Positions 9,247 through 18,863 are shown, counted from the stretch's first letter. The stretch: 64,000 bases of DNA from a virus (IMGVR_UViG_3300012936_000001:64001-128000); one strand, 5' to 3'. The notes: a model not told the origin generated them from the letters alone. Numbers and translations are program-made.

Positions 9247-12200
9247 ATGGCAGAAAAATCTTTTAAATCACCAGGATTTTTTGAACAAGAAATAGAACTA
9301 ACTGTTCAGAGACAATCTCCCTCCGGAAATCCTGCAGGAATTATTGGAACGGCAGAAAGCGGACCGGCTTTTGTTCCAATAACAATCGGAACCTTTGAAG
9401 ACTTTCGAAATCGCTTCGGTGGTCTTCATCCCGACCGTTTTGGACCTTACGCTGTAAGGGAGTTCTTGAAAAATAGAAACGCCGTAACTTATATGAGGGT
9501 CCTAGGCGCTGGTTCAAATGATTCGCCGACAGATATTACGAATACAAAAGAGTATGGAATAGTAAAGAATGCCGGGTTTATTCTTAAAGGTTCTACTTCT
9601 GAAATCGATAGTAGAAAACCTGGAACTGTCCAATTCTTAGTGGCTCAGCATACAATACCAGCTGCTGCAGACATTGGATATCCTCTTTTTACAGACAATG
9701 AATCATTCCCTTCGGTACGGGAGTCTAGTAAAACTTTTACAGCTGACGCCGGAATATGCCTTGTTCGAGCGGTAATATTCACTCCGACCGGTTCTTTGAT
9801 GACGATACAAGACAACGACTATGATATACAAGCTGCGGCAAACGTGAATGCCGCAGATGATCTTGCAACTGCTGACAGTACAAATTATGCTGTGAAACTA
9901 GTCCTCAGAAATGGAGAATCATCGGAATTTGGCAATAGCGACGGAAAAGGAAGTAATTCTCAAGGCGTGAGAGTATATTCTGCTTCTTTAGATCCAGATA
10001 ATGTAAACTACATAGGAAAAGTATTGAACACAGATCCAAAGTTGTTCCAGCAAGAGCAACATTTGCTATACTTGGATTTTCCAATAGAAACTTCGGTTGC
10101 GACACCATCAACAACTGCAAACCATGTCGGCCTGTTAATGGGTGGAGCAAACACGGTTACTGAAGTTCCTACGTCTGTAATTTCGGATGTTTCGCATGCT
10201 TCAATATTCGGTAGATATGATACACGTTATAAGGCTCCGAAGACAACAAAATTTATTTCGCAACCATACGGAACCACAGAGTTTGATTTGTTTCATTTCG
10301 AACTTCTTTCAGACGGTTCAAACGCGAATTCTTTATATAAAATATCGATATCTAACATAAAGGCTTCTACAAATCCAAATTACAAATATGGAACATTCAA
10401 CGTAGAACTAAGAAAATTCAACGATATTGATCAGTCGCCAGAAATCCTAGAACAATATACCGCTTGTTCTTTAGATCCAAGAAACGAAAGGTTTATAGCA
10501 AAGGTCATTGGAGATAAAAAAGTTGTATATGATTTTGACTCAGAAAATGAAGATGAAAAAAGACTAGTAGTATCCGGAAGATATCCAAACAAATCTTTAC
10601 GTCTGAGGGTTGTAATGGAAGACGCAGTATATAAAGACCAGGTGCCAGAAGATGCTTTGCCTTTTGGTTTTAAGGGCATACCTGTTATAAAGACTTCGCC
10701 GAATACAAAACAAGCACCTGCTACTTTTGACCCAATCAACTCTTTTGGAACCGCGGTTGTGAGCGGAACAAAAAGATTGGCAGAGGAAGCTAGCACTGCG
10801 ACTGATCTTACCGGTTCAATCGTGCCTCCGCTTCCTTTCAGGTTCAAAGTAACAAAAGGCGCTTTGGAATCTACTTCCACCAGTGTTCATTATACTGGCT
10901 ACCCTGGAGCAAAAGAAAGAATCGATGGTCGTTTATACTGGGGTGTTCAATTTCAAAAGATTGGTTCTTCTATCTACGCTCCAAACGGTTCAAATAAGGC
11001 AAATGAATTTATAAAATCTTATACCAAATTTCAAGGAATTCAGAAAATAGGCGCGCTGTATTCAGACAGTGACGCAAATTCCTTTGGATCTAATAAATTT
11101 ACTCTGGCAAGAGTAGCCTTAGGTAATTCATTGTCCGGGGCCGGCCACATCTCGGACATTACAGGTTCGGCAAGTCAGCACATGTTGGAAGCAGCCTATA
11201 TAAGAAATGGAACGGTCAAAGCGTCAGATTACACAGTGAACGATGCTGTCTCCGGCGGCGATCGAATAACGTTGGCTACGCTTATAAATTCTTCTAGCGT
11301 GCATTTCAATCGATTCAGCTCTTTTGCAAAGTTCAACAATATATTTTTTGGTGGATTTGACGGACTAAATATACTGAACAGAGATATCAATAATATGACT
11401 GACAAAGCAGCGTCAACCGATTCTGCTGCTGGAGGACTTGGAGGAGATTCCATCACTGGAGGCCTGGGATTATCTGGAACAAACGATGGTAGCACAATGG
11501 GTAAAGGAAAATTGAATAACGTTATCGCTTCGTATAGACAAGCTATCAACATCATGACAGATCCTTTGTCTGTAAGGACTAATATTCTTGCAATTCCTGG
11601 AATAAGAGACGCTTATGTCACTGACCACGCTGCAGAAAAATCACGTGATTATGCAATGGGGTTCTACGTAATGGACATTCCATCTTATGATGAAGACGGA
11701 AATAGAATATTTATTGACGACGCATCAAAAGTTCCGGACGTTGATAAGACAGCCGAAGAACTAGAAGGAAGGGTTTTTGATAACAACTATGCTGCAACCT
11801 ATTTTCCAGATGTTTTTATTACAGATCCACAGAACAATAGAAGAGTATTGGTGCCTCCTTCGGTAGCTGCTATCGGCGCCCTTGGATTTTCTGATACTGT
11901 TGCTTATCCATGGTTTGCTCCCGCGGGATTCAACAGAGGGTCTCTTGGATTTGTACAAAATGTCAAAGTTAGATTATCAACACTAGATCGAGATACACTC
12001 TATGAAAGTAGAATTAATCCTATATCTACATTTCCTAATGGCGGATTTGTAATCTTTGGACAAAAGACACTTCAGTTGGCTCAGTCTGCTCTTGATAGAG
12101 TAAACGTAAGAAGGCTTATGCTTGAGGTCAAAAGACAAATTGTTAATGTTGCAAGAAATCTTGTCTTTGAACAAAACAATAACCAGACAAGACAAAGATT

Positions 12201-12408
12201 TATAAACTCTGCCGCCCCTAAGTTGGCGCTTATTCAGTCTCAGGCTGGAATAGAATCTTTCAAAATTATTATGGATGATTCGAATAACACTGAAGCAGAC
12301 AAAGAAGAAAACAGACTTAACGGAAAAATAATCGTCGTTCCAACCCGAGCAATTGAGTTTATTTCAATAGACTTTGTAATTACTAATTCGGGTGTTGCAT
12401 TTGAGTGA
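9247..12408 (+). CDS. Contractile tail sheath protein 1
   Basis: SPGFFEQEIE, IIGTAESGPAFVP, PWFAPAGFNRG, GQKTLQ, LDRVNVRRL, FEQN and PTRAIEFI motifs. Confidence 0.95.
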   Translation: MAEKSFKSPGFFEQEIELTVQRQSPSGNPAGIIGTAESGPAFVPITIGTFEDFRNRFGGLHPDRFGPYAVREFLKNRNAVTYMRVLGAGSNDSPTDITNTKEYGIVKNAGFILKGSTSEIDSRKPGTVQFLVAQHTIPAAADIGYPLFTDNESFPSVRESSKTFTADAGICLVRAVIFTPTGSLMTIQDNDYDIQAAANVNAADDLATADSTNYAVKLVLRNGESSEFGNSDGKGSNSQGVRVYSASLDPDNVNYIGKVLNTDPKLFQQEQHLLYLDFPIETSVATPSTTANHVGLLMGGANTVTEVPTSVISDVSHASIFGRYDTRYKAPKTTKFISQPYGTTEFDLFHFELLSDGSNANSLYKISISNIKASTNPNYKYGTFNVELRKFNDIDQSPEILEQYTACSLDPRNERFIAKVIGDKKVVYDFDSENEDEKRLVVSGRYPNKSLRLRVVMEDAVYKDQVPEDALPFGFKGIPVIKTSPNTKQAPATFDPINSFGTAVVSGTKRLAEEASTATDLTGSIVPPLPFRFKVTKGALESTSTSVHYTGYPGAKERIDGRLYWGVQFQKIGSSIYAPNGSNKANEFIKSYTKFQGIQKIGALYSDSDANSFGSNKFTLARVALGNSLSGAGHISDITGSASQHMLEAAYIRNGTVKASDYTVNDAVSGGDRITLATLINSSSVHFNRFSSFAKFNNIFFGGFDGLNILNRDINNMTDKAASTDSAAGGLGGDSITGGLGLSGTNDGSTMGKGKLNNVIASYRQAINIMTDPLSVRTNILAIPGIRDAYVTDHAAEKSRDYAMGFYVMDIPSYDEDGNRIFIDDASKVPDVDKTAEELEGRVFDNNYAATYFPDVFITDPQNNRRVLVPPSVAAIGALGFSDTVAYPWFAPAGFNRGSLGFVQNVKVRLSTLDRDTLYESRINPISTFPNGGFVIFGQKTLQLAQSALDRVNVRRLMLEVKRQIVNVARNLVFEQNNNQTRQRFINSAAPKLALIQSQAGIESFKIIMDDSNNTEADKEENRLNGKIIVVPTRAIEFISIDFVITNSGVAFE
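12078..12113 (+). repeat. 36-nt exact repeat shared by the two sheath genes (second copy 15173-15208)
   Basis: GGCTCAGTCTGCTCTTGATAGAGTAAACGTAAGAAG occurs at both positions. Confidence 0.9.
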
Positions 12409-12415
12409 TAGTTAT
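12408..12415 (+). promoter_or_regulatory. Putative late promoter (ATAGTTAT)
   Basis: 36 nt upstream of sheath 2 ATG. Confidence 0.55.
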
Positions 12416-12443
12416 ATAAAAGAATCATGAAGGAGAGACATAA

Positions 12444-15400
12444 ATGTCAGAACAAATATTAAAAAGTCCAGGAGTTTCCGCAAGAGAAATAGATCTGTCT
12501 CAACCAGGCAGCACATCCCCTAGGGGAATACCTGCTTGCGTTATTGGAACAGCTCAGAAAGGTCCGGCTTTTGTGCCTATTACCTTTGCATCTTATGCTG
12601 ACTTTAAAACAAAATTCGGTGGAACCGATGGAAAATTATTCGGCCCAATTGCTGTCGCGGAATGGCTAAGAAATGCTCAGTCAGCAACTTATGTGAGAGT
12701 TCTTGGCGTCGGAAATGCAAAAAAAGCAAATACAAACGGAACTACAACTAATGCTGGTTTTGTCGTTGGTAATAAGCTTCCTCAAGCTGGAGGAAACATC
12801 GGAAGGAACATACACGCTACGGATCTCCGTCCCGCTGGCCGAACATTCTTTTTATCTGCCTTTATGAAAGACAAGTCTGATGCAAATGCTGATAAAATTG
12901 GATATTTGACAGACGCAGATTTGTCTGGATCTGTAGATAAAGCAGTGTTGAGAGGTTGTATTCTTGTCGCTTCTGGTGTACGTCCTGCATTGTCCGGATG
13001 GGACGCTTCTGAACTGGATGCCCCAAATACTACGACAACAATAACTAGTGATGCTGGCCATGAGGTTGGAGCCGTAAATTTGAATACTAATGGCGATGAA
13101 TCATTTGTAATGTTCCTTAACGGATTCACGAATACAAATGCTCAAACGGCTATAATCACCGCTTCGATGAATCCTTTGAGTAAAAATTATTTTTCTAAGG
13201 TCTTGAATACAGATCCAACAAAAATAGAAGAAAAAGGTCATTATCTTTATGCTCATTTCGACGTTCATCCAAATCAGGCAACGGTTACTGCGATGGAATA
13301 TCCGGAGAGAGATAAGCAACTCGAAAACGCAGTGGGTTATGCTCACCGCGTAATAATTCAATCAGGTTCACATACTAGAAATACTTTTCATGGTTCACAA
13401 TACAAGCCTAATTTTGAAAACTTTGAAGACAAATTTAAACATGCAGAGTCTCCGTGGATTATATCTCAGACACTAGGTTCCGGACCAAAAAATCTATTCA
13501 AGGTATATGCGCTAGACGCCGGAGAATATGCGAATACTCTTTTCAAAATATCTATTGCAAATATTAAAAAATCTTCTGATGTTAATTATGATTATGGCCA
13601 ATTTGATTTGTTGGTAAGAGCATTCGATGATACGGATGCAGAGCCACAAATCCTAGAAAAATTCACAGCTTGCTCTCTAGATCCTTCTTCCGATCGATAT
13701 ATAGCTAGGGTTGTAGGCGATCAGAATATATTCTTTGATTTTGAGAAACAAGACGCAAATCAAAAATTGGTTATAGAAGGTTTGTACCCAAATAGATCGC
13801 AATATATCAGAATTAAGGTTGTCGACGATGTTGAAAATGGCGTTATTAGCGCAACTGCTCTTCCGTTCGGATTCCGAGGAAAGAAACACTTGGTTCTTGA
13901 TGGTGTTTCTCTTGGTCCTCTAGACGCATCTGCTACCACCGGTCTTGATGAAGCAGAAATAGACGGAAATGTCTTTGAACCGCCTGTTCCACTTCGAAAA
14001 ACTCTACGCATAGGGCAAGGATCATTGTCAAGAATCGATTCTCGACTTTATTGGGGTGTTCAAAATACTATGCAAGGATCTGTTCTTGATCCAAATGCAT
14101 CCAGTGTTATTAATCCTCTGATAGCTAACTTTACAAAATATTTTCCAACCTTTGGAACCTATGCTCCTTTCGTCGGAGACAACGCCGGCGCAGCGAATGA
14201 TTCCAATGGAGCAAAGCTTGATAGCGATGCCTATAATAACAACATGTTTACCTTCGAAAGAATATGGGCAAAATGTAAATCCGGAGCTGTTGCAAACGCT
14301 GTCGATAATTTGCAATGGCACGAAGCCGTTTATATCAGATCAGGTTCTACGCCGGCCGCTAATTCTGGGCTTGGATATTTCCAAGAAGATGACGGTTCTA
14401 CGCCGAAGACGGCTGCGAATGGATATAGATTCTTGGATTACACAAAAGACTTTGGCGAACAAGCTTCGAAGAAATTCTTCAAGTTTACTACATTTTTGCA
14501 AGGCGGGTTTGACGGTTTGAATGTCTTCAAGAAAGATATGCATGAATTGGCCAACAATCAGGCACATCGAGAAGCTCTATATTCGACGTCAACCGGTTAC
14601 GGAACAACTGGGCCTACGATCGCGGCATATAGAAGAGCACTTGATATAGTAGCAGAAAAATCAGACGTCGATATTCAGTTGTTGGCAATTCCTGGTATTC
14701 GAGAGCCATCTATCACCGACTATGCCATCGATCAAGTAGAAAACAGATTTGATGCATTGTACATTATGGATGTAGAAGAAGAAGAAACTTCTGCTGGAAC
14801 AGTCGTAACTTCGTCTTTGCAAAATATCAACGTAACAAATACTTCTAATCGACTTTCAAACAGAGTGCTTGATTCTTCTTTTGCAGCGGCATATTTCCCA
14901 GATGTGATCATTGCAGATCCGGATTCAACAGCCAACATTCAGTCGCCACCTTCTTGTGCAGTATTAGGAGCAATGTCTCTTAACGACTCTGTCGCGCATC
15001 CTTGGTTTGCGCCTGCAGGATTTTCTCGCGGGGCTTTGTCGTCAACTATCGAAGCACAAGTAAAATTAAATCGTGCAAATATGGATTCTCTTTATGAAGC
15101 AGACATCAATCCTATAGTTGCTTTCCCAACTTCTTCTGGTGTTGTAATCTTCGGACAGAAAACTCTTCTGCAGGCTCAGTCTGCTCTTGATAGAGTAAAC
15201 GTAAGAAGATTGCTGATAGACATCAGAAGAAAAGTAAGATTGGTCGCAAACTCTGTGTTGTTCGAGCCAAACAGAGAGTCAACTCTTGCAAGATTCTCTG
15301 CTTCCGTTCAGCCGATTCTTACGGTTATTCAACAGCAACAAGGACTAGATAGATTCAAAGTCGTTATCGATACAACCACAACAACCCAGCAAGATGTTGA

Positions 15401-15500
15401 GAATAATACGATAAGAGGAAAAATCTTCTTGCAACCCACAAGAGCTGTAGAATTTATCTCTCTAGATTTTGTTGTTACAAATGCTGGTGCAGAGATTTAA
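12444..15500 (+). CDS. Contractile tail sheath protein 2 (paralogue)
   Basis: SPGVSAREID, GPAFVP, PWFAPAGFSRG, LDRVNVRRL, FEPN and PTRAVEFI motifs. Confidence 0.95.
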   Translation: MSEQILKSPGVSAREIDLSQPGSTSPRGIPACVIGTAQKGPAFVPITFASYADFKTKFGGTDGKLFGPIAVAEWLRNAQSATYVRVLGVGNAKKANTNGTTTNAGFVVGNKLPQAGGNIGRNIHATDLRPAGRTFFLSAFMKDKSDANADKIGYLTDADLSGSVDKAVLRGCILVASGVRPALSGWDASELDAPNTTTTITSDAGHEVGAVNLNTNGDESFVMFLNGFTNTNAQTAIITASMNPLSKNYFSKVLNTDPTKIEEKGHYLYAHFDVHPNQATVTAMEYPERDKQLENAVGYAHRVIIQSGSHTRNTFHGSQYKPNFENFEDKFKHAESPWIISQTLGSGPKNLFKVYALDAGEYANTLFKISIANIKKSSDVNYDYGQFDLLVRAFDDTDAEPQILEKFTACSLDPSSDRYIARVVGDQNIFFDFEKQDANQKLVIEGLYPNRSQYIRIKVVDDVENGVISATALPFGFRGKKHLVLDGVSLGPLDASATTGLDEAEIDGNVFEPPVPLRKTLRIGQGSLSRIDSRLYWGVQNTMQGSVLDPNASSVINPLIANFTKYFPTFGTYAPFVGDNAGAANDSNGAKLDSDAYNNNMFTFERIWAKCKSGAVANAVDNLQWHEAVYIRSGSTPAANSGLGYFQEDDGSTPKTAANGYRFLDYTKDFGEQASKKFFKFTTFLQGGFDGLNVFKKDMHELANNQAHREALYSTSTGYGTTGPTIAAYRRALDIVAEKSDVDIQLLAIPGIREPSITDYAIDQVENRFDALYIMDVEEEETSAGTVVTSSLQNINVTNTSNRLSNRVLDSSFAAAYFPDVIIADPDSTANIQSPPSCAVLGAMSLNDSVAHPWFAPAGFSRGALSSTIEAQVKLNRANMDSLYEADINPIVAFPTSSGVVIFGQKTLLQAQSALDRVNVRRLLIDIRRKVRLVANSVLFEPNRESTLARFSASVQPILTVIQQQQGLDRFKVVIDTTTTTQQDVENNTIRGKIFLQPTRAVEFISLDFVVTNAGAEI

Positions 15501-15508
15501 AGAACGTT

Positions 15509-15516
15509 ATACTTAT
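15509..15516 (+). promoter_or_regulatory. Putative late promoter (ATACTTAT)
   Basis: 35 nt upstream of tail tube ATG. Confidence 0.6.
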
Positions 15517-15543
15517 TAATATAAAACTTTTCAGGAGAAAAAA

Positions 15544-16032
15544 ATGGCAGAGACTTTATCCGTAGTGGACATGTTGCCCAATAAATTTGAACCAAAAAGA
15601 AAGAATAGGTGGATCTTTGCGCTTGAAGGTATCGATTCTTTCCTTATCAAGACTGCTGCTCGTCCCAGTATCACTATAGCGGAACACGAGATCAAGTTTA
15701 TGAATTCCAGAAGATATGTGGCTGGAGTTGGAAACTTTGACGCAATTTCTTTGACTCTTCACGATCCTATTGCTCCATCCGGTGCACAGCAAGTAATGGA
15801 ATGGGTACGTACTCATTTTGAATCTGTGTCTGGACGACAAGGATATGCAGATTTTTATAAGAGAGATGCACAGCTTAAGTTAGTTGATCCAATCGGTACA
15901 GTTATCGAACTTTGGGACATGAAAGGATGTTTTCTTACGAACGCAAACTTTAATGATGTTTCCTATGACGATGATGGCGGAATGGAAATATCTCTTACAA
16001 TGCGATTTGATAACTGCGTTTTACAATACTAG
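15544..16032 (+). CDS. Tail tube protein (T4 gp19-like)
   Basis: 162 aa after the sheaths; FEPKRKNRW, ARPSIT, DPIAPSGAQQVMEW and YKRD..LKLVDPIG.VIE.W motifs. Confidence 0.9.
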   Translation: MAETLSVVDMLPNKFEPKRKNRWIFALEGIDSFLIKTAARPSITIAEHEIKFMNSRRYVAGVGNFDAISLTLHDPIAPSGAQQVMEWVRTHFESVSGRQGYADFYKRDAQLKLVDPIGTVIELWDMKGCFLTNANFNDVSYDDDGGMEISLTMRFDNCVLQY

Positions 16033-16053
16033 AACAATCGAACGCTTGTATTG

Positions 16054-16097
16054 ATATTTGGTCAGCTTGTATAAGGGGGCTGGCCAGATATTTATTT
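16054..16097 (+). terminator. Hairpin/terminator after tail tube
   Basis: ATATTTGGTCAGCTT pairs with GGGCTGGCCAGATAT using G-U pairs, so it folds on the + strand RNA only; followed by TTATTT. Confidence 0.6.
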
Positions 16098-16117
16098 AGA
16101 AATAATTTACAAATTTT

Positions 16118-16146
16118 GTGTAAAGTCTTCTAAAAAATATTATATT
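16118..16146 (+). promoter_or_regulatory. Sigma70-like promoter GTGTAA-N17-TATATT
   Basis: 17-nt spacer; upstream of the ORF at 16175. Confidence 0.45.
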
Positions 16147-16174
16147 AATTAGGAATAACACCGCAGGAGAGAAA

Positions 16175-16819
16175 ATGTCAAAATCACTTAAAAAACTTTT
16201 GCTCGAGTCAATAGATGGTGCAACTGTTAATAATTTCCAAGAGATAGTCGACAACCATGGGTTCTTAGGAACCAAAGGCATTATAGTGACAGAAAAAGAT
16301 CTGATCGGATCTGATAAATATGTTCTCTTTGCATCTCCCTCCGGTCTCAAGCACATCGAAGAAAGGCACAAGGATCCTAATATGCCAGGTTCTGTTTTCG
16401 TACAGGGTATCAATCTTTATAACGTCATGCAAGACATAATTCAAGATAACCCTCCAAATGACATGCGACAATTTCCAAAAGTAAAATGGATAGAAGTAAA
16501 AATGAACGATGTTGTTGGCTATTCTGGAATATATCTAGACTCCCCAGAAAAAGTTGCAAAGATGAAAGATTTTGCAACCCCCGGAGGAAGAGGAGAGATT
16601 GTTAAAGTAGCTCCTGGAAAATTATATCCAACAAACGCCATGTCGCTGATTACGATAAAAATTGGAGACTTATCAGATGGAAGGGAGGCTCTATCTCTGA
16701 TTACTTTATTTCCTGGTGATGGGTCTATTGATGGAGTCGAGATTCCTTCTTCAAGGGATGAATTTGCAGCAAAAGGATTTTATTTTCAACTTCCTCCAGA
16801 ATCTCCAGCACTAAAATAG
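16175..16819 (+). CDS. Hypothetical protein, possible toxin-type RNase domain with LxE leader
   Basis: N-terminus MSKSLKKLLLE-S; GLKHIEERH and LITLFPG motifs resemble polymorphic-toxin RNase domains. Confidence 0.6.
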   Translation: MSKSLKKLLLESIDGATVNNFQEIVDNHGFLGTKGIIVTEKDLIGSDKYVLFASPSGLKHIEERHKDPNMPGSVFVQGINLYNVMQDIIQDNPPNDMRQFPKVKWIEVKMNDVVGYSGIYLDSPEKVAKMKDFATPGGRGEIVKVAPGKLYPTNAMSLITIKIGDLSDGREALSLITLFPGDGSIDGVEIPSSRDEFAAKGFYFQLPPESPALK

Positions 16820-16848
16820 TTTACAGAGCAAAAATTGAGCAATATAAT
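16820..16848 (+). promoter_or_regulatory. Sigma70-like promoter TTTACA-N17-TATAAT
   Basis: Near-consensus boxes with a 17-nt spacer. Confidence 0.55.
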
Positions 16849-16898
16849 TATCAGTGAGTTCTGTTCAGTTATTTTAATAAAGATTCATGGAGTTATAG

Positions 16899-17768
16899 AT
16901 GAGTACAAGACAAGGAAACGATGTCTTCAAAGACGATAAACCAGAAGGCGCTACAGGTTGGACTGGCCCGTCTTCTAATGTAATGAGAGACGAATTTGGT
17001 CTCGAGATCCCAGTGGAGTCAATTCCGCTTCCATCCAAAGGAGTTGTATATCCGCCAGATTCGCCACTGTATGGCAAAGAAACGATAGACATACGTCCTA
17101 TGACAGCCCGCGAAGAGGATATTCTTACAAGCCGCGCGCTAATTAAAAAAGGCACAGTTATCACAGAATTAATCAAGAGCTGTTTAATTGATAAAAGAAT
17201 CAACCCAGAAGATCTGTTGGTTGGAGACAGAAACGCAGTTATGACATCTCTCAGGATTACAGGCTACGGTTCTGATTATAACGTTGAGGTTGGTTGCCCT
17301 TCTTGTGGAGAGAAATCGAAACAATGTTTTGATCTGACAGAGCTTCCGATCAAGAGACTCGCACAGAATCCTATTGCTGAAGGATCAAATTGTTTTGAGT
17401 GCAAAATAGCAACTGGCGTTGAAGGAAAAGAACTGGTTATACGGTATCGTTTTATGACAGGTACAGACGAAAGAGAAATCCAAGTTTTGCAAGAAAGAAA
17501 AAAGAAAAAAGGATTTTCTGCAGATCAACTAATTACGACAAGATACCAAAGACAGATTGTTGCTGTAAATAACGTGACAGATAAGTCAAAAATTCAGATG
17601 TTCATTCAGAAAATGCCAACGAAATACTCTCGAACTCTTCGTAAACACATGGACGAAAACGAACCTGGCGTCGAAATGAAAGCGCATATGCAGTGTCCTC
17701 ATTGTTTCGAGGAGTCGGAGGTCTCCATGCCCATTGGGGCTAGCTTTTTTTGGCCTGACGCCGGATAA
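16899..17768 (+). CDS. Baseplate hub assembly/tail-assembly chaperone (T4 gp26-like)
   Basis: LPSKG..Y, RPMTAREEDIL, two CxxC pairs and C-terminal FFWP. Lies between tube and tape measure. Confidence 0.8.
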   Translation: MSTRQGNDVFKDDKPEGATGWTGPSSNVMRDEFGLEIPVESIPLPSKGVVYPPDSPLYGKETIDIRPMTAREEDILTSRALIKKGTVITELIKSCLIDKRINPEDLLVGDRNAVMTSLRITGYGSDYNVEVGCPSCGEKSKQCFDLTELPIKRLAQNPIAEGSNCFECKIATGVEGKELVIRYRFMTGTDEREIQVLQERKKKKGFSADQLITTRYQRQIVAVNNVTDKSKIQMFIQKMPTKYSRTLRKHMDENEPGVEMKAHMQCPHCFEESEVSMPIGASFFWPDAG

Positions 17769-18024
17769 CAAAGAAATATTTCTTGAACAGATTTTTAATT
17801 TAATGTACTACATTGGATTTACATATCACGAAGCTTACAATATTCCAGTCTGGCAAAGAAGATGGTTTATACAACGTCTTAATACCGAATTAGAGCGAGC
17901 AAAAAAAGCGAATGGAGGAGAGGCCCCTCCAACAAGAGCAATGCATCAGAACACCCCTGACGTACGCTCCATGATGGGGAGAATGAGATCGCAAGTTCCA
18001 GCTAATCTAAGAAGATTTACATAA
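17734..18024 (+). CDS. Probable frameshift extension of the chaperone (gpT/gp51-like)
   Basis: +1-frame ORF overlapping the end of the upstream gene at a T7 run. IFNLMYYIGFTYHEAYNIPVWQRRWFI is typical of chaperone extensions. Confidence 0.7.
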   Translation: MGLAFFGLTPDNKEIFLEQIFNLMYYIGFTYHEAYNIPVWQRRWFIQRLNTELERAKKANGGEAPPTRAMHQNTPDVRSMMGRMRSQVPANLRRFT

Positions 18025-18027
18025 ATT

Positions 18028-18056
18028 TTGTAAAAAAGCGAAGAATAAGCTATAAT
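18028..18056 (+). promoter_or_regulatory. Sigma70-like promoter TTGTAA-N17-TATAAT
   Basis: Consensus -10 box with a 17-nt spacer. Confidence 0.65.
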
Positions 18057-18171
18057 CAAAAAGACACCCTACTACAAATAAACATGAAGATGCATGTAAA
18101 TTACTAAGACGATAGGTGAAAACATACAAGGGTGACGAATATGCTAGTAACCAACCATAGGGAATAAGTCT

Positions 18172-18429
18172 ATGCAAAATAAAGAAACTCAACTTCTAAT
18201 AATAGAGTATCTAAATGCAGGGCTTGTTCCCTATGTTCCATTTTCAAATATACACTTTAACAAAAAGCCAACAAGAAAACAAAAAAGAAAGTTTCGAAAA
18301 TTATGGAGAAAACTTTCCGACGAAATAGCAAAATCAGATCATGGTACATATCCGTCGTTCAAGAAAAGAAGGTTAAGAAAGACCATTGTCTTAAATGAAA
18401 TGTTTTCAAGAATAGAAAGGCCAAAATGA
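18172..18429 (+). CDS. Small basic hypothetical protein
   Basis: 85-aa K/R-rich ORF with an ATGA overlap to the next gene. Confidence 0.6.
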   Translation: MQNKETQLLIIEYLNAGLVPYVPFSNIHFNKKPTRKQKRKFRKLWRKLSDEIAKSDHGTYPSFKKRRLRKTIVLNEMFSRIERPK

Positions 18430-18863
18430 ATTTACAAGAAGTAAAGGTAGGCGATTGTTGTTTTTTTCTCGTGCGTGGTGTGAATACACCAAAATTTGGT
18501 GAGATTTACAAAATTAGCGAAAAAGAAGAAATCATTCATGTAATAGAAGTCAAGGACTCGAAGTACTATTCAGTACATTCTAGAAATTTTGCATGGAACA
18601 AAGAAGACTTAAAAGATAAAAAATGGGAAGATCCACATAATTATAATGACACAGTGGAGAATGCTAATGAAAAAGAAACTACTAAAAGAAGCAGTAATGT
18701 TCATAACAGGAAGAAGGCCTCAGATTCAAATAAAAGGAGAATCAAAAAAAGCAAAGGCACTTCTGAGAGTGATGGTAGCAAGCAAAAATTTATACGAAGC
18801 ACTGGAAAGCAAAAATCCAAAACTAAAAGAAATAGAAAAGCTAGTAGAAATAAAAAAGGTTAG
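18426..18863 (+). CDS. Hypothetical protein (SH3-like N-terminus, basic tail)
   Basis: VKVGD...FGEI beta-barrel-like pattern. The C-terminal 65 aa are encoded over the next gene. Confidence 0.6.
   Translation: MNLQEVKVGDCCFFLVRGVNTPKFGEIYKISEKEEIIHVIEVKDSKYYSVHSRNFAWNKEDLKDKKWEDPHNYNDTVENANEKETTKRSSNVHNRKKASDSNKRRIKKSKGTSESDGSKQKFIRSTGKQKSKTKRNRKASRNKKG

Noticed and set aside
18100-18140. Possible hammerhead ribozyme in the intergenic leader
   Set aside because: The CUGANGA core is absent.
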